From an uncultured delta proteobacterium (GTDB lineage: Bacteria > Desulfobacterota > Syntrophia > Syntrophales > Smithellaceae): DNA of 64,000 nt. The notes under the pieces are model-generated. The model was not told the DNA's origin and did not search any database. It saw only the letters and a list, made by a program, of their open reading frames with translations. Location: positions 608,001-672,000 of the forward strand of contig CAVWEH010000005.1 in assembly GCA_963753975.1 (NCBI GenBank), read 5' to 3'. A program made the position numbers and the translations under genes. Positions 59,691-64,000 of the stretch are shown piece after piece (the first letter of the stretch is position 1; every line of letters starts with the position of its first letter).

Positions 59691-60197
59691 TTACGATTTG
59701 TTTTGTGACGCCAATGTTTTGAGATAATCGATCAGCATTAGCGCGTCTGCGGCCACTAAACGGCCGATTGGTCCAGTGCTATAAACGGCGCCTTCGATGG
59801 TGCCATCCGGTCTGATAATGAAGCCGGTTGCATGGAGGAACAATTTCTTATCGTCGTAAAAGGCCCCGGTCATGCCGGCAAAGTTCTTTGCATCCATACC
59901 GTATGCCAACGGGAAGGTCAGTTTACGGCGTTCAACCATCTTTTGGGCTTCTTCCAGGTTATCGATAGAAGCGCCGATAATTTTGATGCCCTTTTCACTG
60001 AATTCATTAAGACGTCCCTGAAAATCAGCTAACTGCTGATTGCAGAATGGTCACCAGCGTCCCCTGTAAACGAGCAAGACCCACCAGTTTCCGCTCTCTT
60101 TCTCGGGCAGGGTCAACGTTGTGCCGTCGATAAGCTTGAATTCCATCTTGGGGAAAAGATCGCCACCGTCAAGTTTCTTCATTTCTGTCTGAGCCAT
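59691..60197 (-). CDS. peroxiredoxin-like (AhpC/TSA, redoxin) selenoprotein, 168 aa, UxxC motif (Sec49)
   Basis: MAQTEMKKLDGGDLFPKM...LLVYRGRW-U-PFCNQQL; TGA at 60053-60051 is in frame with ORF 59691-59939; AAGGAGG RBS. Confidence 0.88.
60023..60041 (-). promoter_or_regulatory. SECIS-like hairpin for UGA 60053
   Basis: 9 nt after UGA: AAUCAGC-AGUUA-GCUGAUU, perfect 7-bp stem. Confidence 0.65.
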
Positions 60198-60280
60198 AAT
60201 TTCCCTCCTTTTATTATTTTCTAATAATTAATATCTGAACTTCGCTTTTTCCGACAACCTAGAGGTCATACGTAACCCAA

Positions 60281-60316
60281 TATCATAAATTCCGCGTGTT
60301 CAACACAAAAATCCAC
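60281..60316 (+). repeat. imperfect direct repeat, copy 2
   Basis: TATCATAAATTCCGCGTGTTCAACACAAAAATCCAC. Confidence 0.75.
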
Positions 60317-60573
60317 AAAATATTTTTTCAAGGAATCATCGATAAACGGCGGATATTCTTCCGTAACCTTTGTTAAATTATGCACGGACATTTGTTTGTC
60401 GTAATATGAGGCATCCCTGCTTGCGGTTCGAAGAATATCTCCTTGACTACTGAAATAGTTGCCCTTATCTTGGTATATAGTTTATGGATTCCCATGAGGC
60501 GCTGATTGCTTGGCTCGTTTTAAGATAGTCAAGCGTAATCCGGTAACACGATTAAAAGGACGGGAGAATTTTA

Positions 60574-61815
60574 ATGAGTGAGAAAGAGGACCGACTCAGT
60601 ACTGCTCAGGGCATCCAGCTCTGTCGATTGCGCGATGAATATGCCCGGCCGCGGTCTTATATGGCGGTGGCCCTGGCTTCTTTCGCGCTTCTGGCGGCGG
60701 CCACTATCCCCACGCCTCTCTATCAGCTCTATCGCGAAGCTTTTCACTTCTCGGATTTTACGTTAACCCTCATCTTCGGCATTTATTCTTTCGGTGTCAT
60801 CCCGGCACTCCTGGTCTTCGGTCCTCTGGGTGATGCCATCTGCCGACGCCGCGTCCTGCTTGTCGCCATCTGCACGGCGGGCGCGGGCATTGCCATCTTG
60901 GCGGCCGCCCAAGGAGTAGCCTTGCTTCTGGCTGGACGCGTACTCGTCGGGGTGGCTATTGGCGCAATGCAGGGCAATTCGAGTGCGGCCCTGGTCGAAA
61001 TGCAGCCGCGAGGAGATCGGCGGCGAGCGGGGGTTATGACTGTGATGAGCACGATCGGCGGGGCGGCCGCCGGCACCCTCGTCAGCGGTTTTATGGCCCA
61101 GTATCTGCCCGATCCGTTTTTGCTTGCCTATATTCTGGAACTGGGTCTCCTGGCGATAGCGTTTGTGCTGGTGGCGACTATTCAAGAGGCCGCAAGCCCT
61201 GTTTTCTCTTTCGTCAGCTTTCATCGTCCTCATGTTCCCCGGCGTATTGCCGCCGGGTTTATGGTAGCGAGTCTTTCAGGAGGCTTGATATGGTCCATCG
61301 CCGGGCTCTTCGTAGCTTTGGTGCCGAGTTATGTTTCCAATCTGCTGCACACGCAGAATCTTGCGCTGGGAGGCTCTCTGGTGGCCGTGATGTTAGGCTC
61401 AAGTATTCTAGTGCAGGTGATTATGAGTAACCTGTCGAGCTTTCGTCTCCAGGTGTTCGGCCTGGGATGCGCCGTCATCGGAATGGCCTCAATCGTCGCG
61501 GCCTGGCATTTTTCGTCCCTGGTGTTGATGATTTCGGGTTCGATTGTTTGCGGCGCCGCAATCGGCATGGCCTATCTTGGATCGATTTCCGAAATCAACC
61601 GGCTGGCGGCGCCGGAAGAGCGCGGCAGCGTGAACTCTCTCTACTTCGTAATCGTCTATCTGTTCTTCTCCCTTCCGACGATTGTCCTGGGATTTGTCGC
61701 TACCCATCTGGGCCTGTATGGTGCGATCTTTACCTTTTCCGGCACCGTCATAGTTTTGACACTTGCTGAGATAGTCTGGCTCACGATCCGGCAAAAATCG
61801 GCTGCTCCCGGATGA
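60574..61815 (+). CDS. MFS transporter
   Basis: About 12 TM helices, PTPLY, GPLGDAICRRRV motif A, GRVLVG; visibly GC-richer than neighbours. Confidence 0.9.
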   Translation: MSEKEDRLSTAQGIQLCRLRDEYARPRSYMAVALASFALLAAATIPTPLYQLYREAFHFSDFTLTLIFGIYSFGVIPALLVFGPLGDAICRRRVLLVAICTAGAGIAILAAAQGVALLLAGRVLVGVAIGAMQGNSSAALVEMQPRGDRRRAGVMTVMSTIGGAAAGTLVSGFMAQYLPDPFLLAYILELGLLAIAFVLVATIQEAASPVFSFVSFHRPHVPRRIAAGFMVASLSGGLIWSIAGLFVALVPSYVSNLLHTQNLALGGSLVAVMLGSSILVQVIMSNLSSFRLQVFGLGCAVIGMASIVAAWHFSSLVLMISGSIVCGAAIGMAYLGSISEINRLAAPEERGSVNSLYFVIVYLFFSLPTIVLGFVATHLGLYGAIFTFSGTVIVLTLAEIVWLTIRQKSAAPG

Positions 61816-61968
61816 TTTTTGCCGGCCAAACATTTTTTTGATAGTTTTCAACTGCCATTCTGCTACTGATTATTCGTTATTGTATATTCAGATCACTGGA
61901 TCTAGGCTGGAAGCATTGAAGAAGTACCGTACAAAAAAATAAAATGTTTAACAGCAAAAAAGGAGAAG

Positions 61969-62412
61969 ATGATGAAGACACTCACTGCCTTAGTTATGAT
62001 ACTGGCTTTTGCGGTGCCGGCCTTGGGAGGAACGTTGGAAGAGAAAAACAAGAAAATCGTCCGCGAATTTTATGAAATGGCCTTTAATCAGCACAAACCG
62101 ACGGAAGCTGCTAAAAAATACATCGGCAACAAGTATATTCAGCACAACCCCAATGTTCCCAATGGGGCGGCGGCATTTTACGGATATTTTGAAGGATTTT
62201 TCAAAGAGCATCCCCAATCCCGTGTGGAAATCAAAAGAATTATCGGCGAAGGAGATCTTGTAGTTCTGCACCTGAATTCCAAACTGGACGATAAAGATCG
62301 AGGCAGAGCCATCGTCGATATCTTCCGCATTGAAGATGGGAAAATTGTTGAGCATTGGGATGTGATTCAAGATGTTCCGGAAAAATCGGCCAACAACAAC
62401 ACCATGTTTTAG
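61969..62412 (+). CDS. exported SnoaL/NTF2-like protein
   Basis: Signal peptide, NKKIV, YIQHNP, EGDLVVLH, DIFRIEDGKIVEHWDV. Confidence 0.88.
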   Translation: MMKTLTALVMILAFAVPALGGTLEEKNKKIVREFYEMAFNQHKPTEAAKKYIGNKYIQHNPNVPNGAAAFYGYFEGFFKEHPQSRVEIKRIIGEGDLVVLHLNSKLDDKDRGRAIVDIFRIEDGKIVEHWDVIQDVPEKSANNNTMF

Positions 62413-62535
62413 AAATACATAAAAGAATTTTTCCAAGGAAGCGTTGGCTGGAGCTCCTTTATTTTCATGGTTTGCATTAAAACCAAACGCGGGAGCATGA
62501 TCGCGATTGCGTGCCTGCTCTTATCAGAGAGATCA

Positions 62536-63138
62536 TCATTTGCGATATTTCTCGATTATCTCTCTTCTCCTGAAACAATCAAGAGCGTGGTCGTTTACTA
62601 AGCCGGTAGCCTGCATGTGCGCATAGCAAATGGTTGAACCCAAAAATTTAAAACCTCTCTTCTTCAAATCTTTGCTTAACGCATCGGACTCATAGCTCGT
62701 CGCGGGATAATCCGATAATTTACGCATCTTATTTACTTTTGGTTTTCCGCCGACAAAACTCCATATATACTTGGAAAACTTTCCAAACTCTTTCTGAACT
62801 TCGAGAAATTTATGCGCATTATTTACTGTAGATTCAATTTTCAATCTATTTCTGATGATGCCGGGATTTTGCAGCAGCTCTTCAATCTTTGCCCGATTAA
62901 ATCCGACAATCTTTTCCGGTTCAAAATTTTTAAACGCAATGCGGTAATTTTCTCTTTTTTTTAGAACTATGTACCAGCTCAAACCTGCTTGAAAAGCTTC
63001 CAAAGACAGAAATTCGAATATCAACCTATCGTCATAAACCGGAACACCCCATTCTTTATCGTGGTATTCAACATAATCGACTTTACTTAAATCAACCCAG
63101 GGACAACGGCACATATCTTCTTTACTCTTTGTTTTCAT
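62536..63138 (-). CDS. tag: DNA-3-methyladenine glycosylase I
   Basis: RCPW, YHDKEWG, LEAFQAGLSW, IIRNRLKI, GFKFLG, VNDHALDC. Confidence 0.94.
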   Translation of the reverse strand: MKTKSKEDMCRCPWVDLSKVDYVEYHDKEWGVPVYDDRLIFEFLSLEAFQAGLSWYIVLKKRENYRIAFKNFEPEKIVGFNRAKIEELLQNPGIIRNRLKIESTVNNAHKFLEVQKEFGKFSKYIWSFVGGKPKVNKMRKLSDYPATSYESDALSKDLKKRGFKFLGSTICYAHMQATGLVNDHALDCFRRREIIEKYRK

Positions 63139-63329
63139 TTGCCACCAAACTCGCATCAAGGATTTATATAATAATTTCTTTTTTTCGCTAATTTGAACAT
63201 CCTAGTAGCGGGTATCCTTTTTTTCAAGAGGAAATCGTTACATAATGAATTGAATATCTGCGTACTTCATTTGATGTTGCAGTAATAAAGACTAAGAAGG
63301 TTCGACAATTTGCGTATTGATATAGTGCG

Positions 63330-63369
63330 GGCATCAGCGAATCGTCTTTGCTGATGATTCGCTGATGCC
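63330..63369. other. 17-bp-stem hairpin downstream of the last gene
   Basis: GGCATCAGCGAATCGTC-TTTGCT-GATGATTCGCTGATGCC; no U-tract. Confidence 0.55.
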
Positions 63370-63443
63370 GTGGTTAAGATGTTTCAATGCTGTGTCCGGA
63401 AATGATTCATAATCGGGGTAGAACCACGAATCGCAGTCTTCAG

Positions 63444-64000
63444 TTACTTCACGGTATATCCCCGGGCATCGAGACAGGCACCCATCGCACGATCATATTC
63501 TGCGCGCTTCTGGTTCGGATGAGCTTCGGGCGCACTGCCGGGCGGCTGGGTCGGGTCATAATGTGTCTGATCTACAGCCCAGCGGTGACACTCATAACGA
63601 TCATTTGATTGTTGCTTTTCGCTCTGGCCTTTGCGGGGATAGATGAACAACCGTTCTTCCGTTGCCGGGGCCTCAACAACTTCACCCTTCGGCGGCTCAA
63701 CAACCTGATAGCCGCCCGTGGTTTGAGTATAATATACTTCATTGGCATAGTAGTAAGGTAAACCACCTACCCAAAGCGTCGTGTAGTACAGTGGTAAAAA
63801 GGGAACTACAAGACCGAAGGGCGGTGCAACGACAATGAAGCGTGGACCGTATGGGCGGTACCAGACACCTCCGTAGAAGAAATATCGTGAGCGGCCATAA
63901 GGCACCGCTCGGTAGCCGCTGGGCAGACTTCTAAAGTACTGACCGCGTGCCGGGTAGGCATGATTATGGTGATAACGTGAATCCATGAACTCATGACGGC
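63444..64000 (-). CDS. hypothetical Tyr/Pro-rich protein (DUF6515-like), 5' end probably outside window
   Basis: YFFYGGVWY, VVAPPFG, YYYANEVYY, IYPRKGQS...DRYECHRWA...ACLDARGYTV. Confidence 0.65.
   Translation of the reverse strand, partial: RHEFMDSRYHHNHAYPARGQYFRSLPSGYRAVPYGRSRYFFYGGVWYRPYGPRFIVVAPPFGLVVPFLPLYYTTLWVGGLPYYYANEVYYTQTTGGYQVVEPPKGEVVEAPATEERLFIYPRKGQSEKQQSNDRYECHRWAVDQTHYDPTQPPGSAPEAHPNQKRAEYDRAMGACLDARGYTVK

Noticed and set aside
39565..60053. Genome-wide TGA reassignment (code 4 or 25) as the cause of in-frame TGAs
   Set aside because: Conserved genes such as gatB end at TGA at the expected length, Trp is encoded by TGG, and three of the four internal TGAs fall at recognisable Cys motif positions
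58400..60340. Integron attC cassette array
   Set aside because: No convincing RYYYAAC/GTTRRRY-bounded palindromes and no integrase; the repeats here are direct
60370..60387. Rex operator (TTGTTAAATTATGCACGG)
   Set aside because: Four departures from the palindromic consensus in an AT-rich region; cannot be supported without a PWM
60480..60570. Guanidine-I (ykkC) riboswitch upstream of the MFS gene
   Set aside because: Only a loose 3' resemblance (AAAAGGACGGGAG); the conserved CUAGGGUUCCG core is absent
24..63994. Numerous overlapping or antisense ORFs in the track (e.g. 9670-10347, 12562-13218, 31289-32011, 48154-48918)
   Set aside because: They are shadows of well-supported genes on the other strand or frame and have no recognisable motifs
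1..64000. CRISPR array, tRNA, rRNA, transposase or integrase
   Set aside because: No regularly spaced repeats, cloverleaf or rRNA-like sequence, or recombinase motifs seen by eye; tRNAscan/Infernal were not run

Overview
Chromosomal window from an anaerobic bacterium, most likely Desulfobacterota/Syntrophales (Smithella-like). This taxonomy is inferred from gene content only. Bases 1-20.3 kb are core genes: ilvBNCD with an unannotated leader-peptide attenuator, PBP1A, tatBC, an HDAC-family deacetylase, gatCAB, mtnA, ftcD, ftsY and smc. Bases 20.7-64 kb form a redox/metal/sulfur accessory region: system II cytochrome c maturation, a sigma-54-controlled orange-protein (ORP) Fe-S/Mo cluster, sulfurtransferases, a flavin/CCG oxidoreductase operon, two NrfD-NrfC-cytochrome modules and an MtrAB-type porin-cytochrome pair. 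The main result, invisible in the ORF track, is four in-frame TGA codons, each followed 9-12 nt later by a SECIS-like hairpin. They join split ORFs into three probable selenoproteins. (1) A MerB-like protein with Sec at both catalytic Cys positions, heading a CCG/FAD oxidoreductase operon. (2) A 606-aa, 17-heme cytochrome c with one Sec, in a CstR-like repressor-NrfD-NrfC-cytochrome-rhodanese operon. (3) A UxxC peroxiredoxin-like protein. About 11 indel frameshifts, mostly single-base and one in gatC, look like sequencing error. No CRISPR array, tRNA, rRNA or transposase was seen. No database searches were run, so family calls come from motif recognition.
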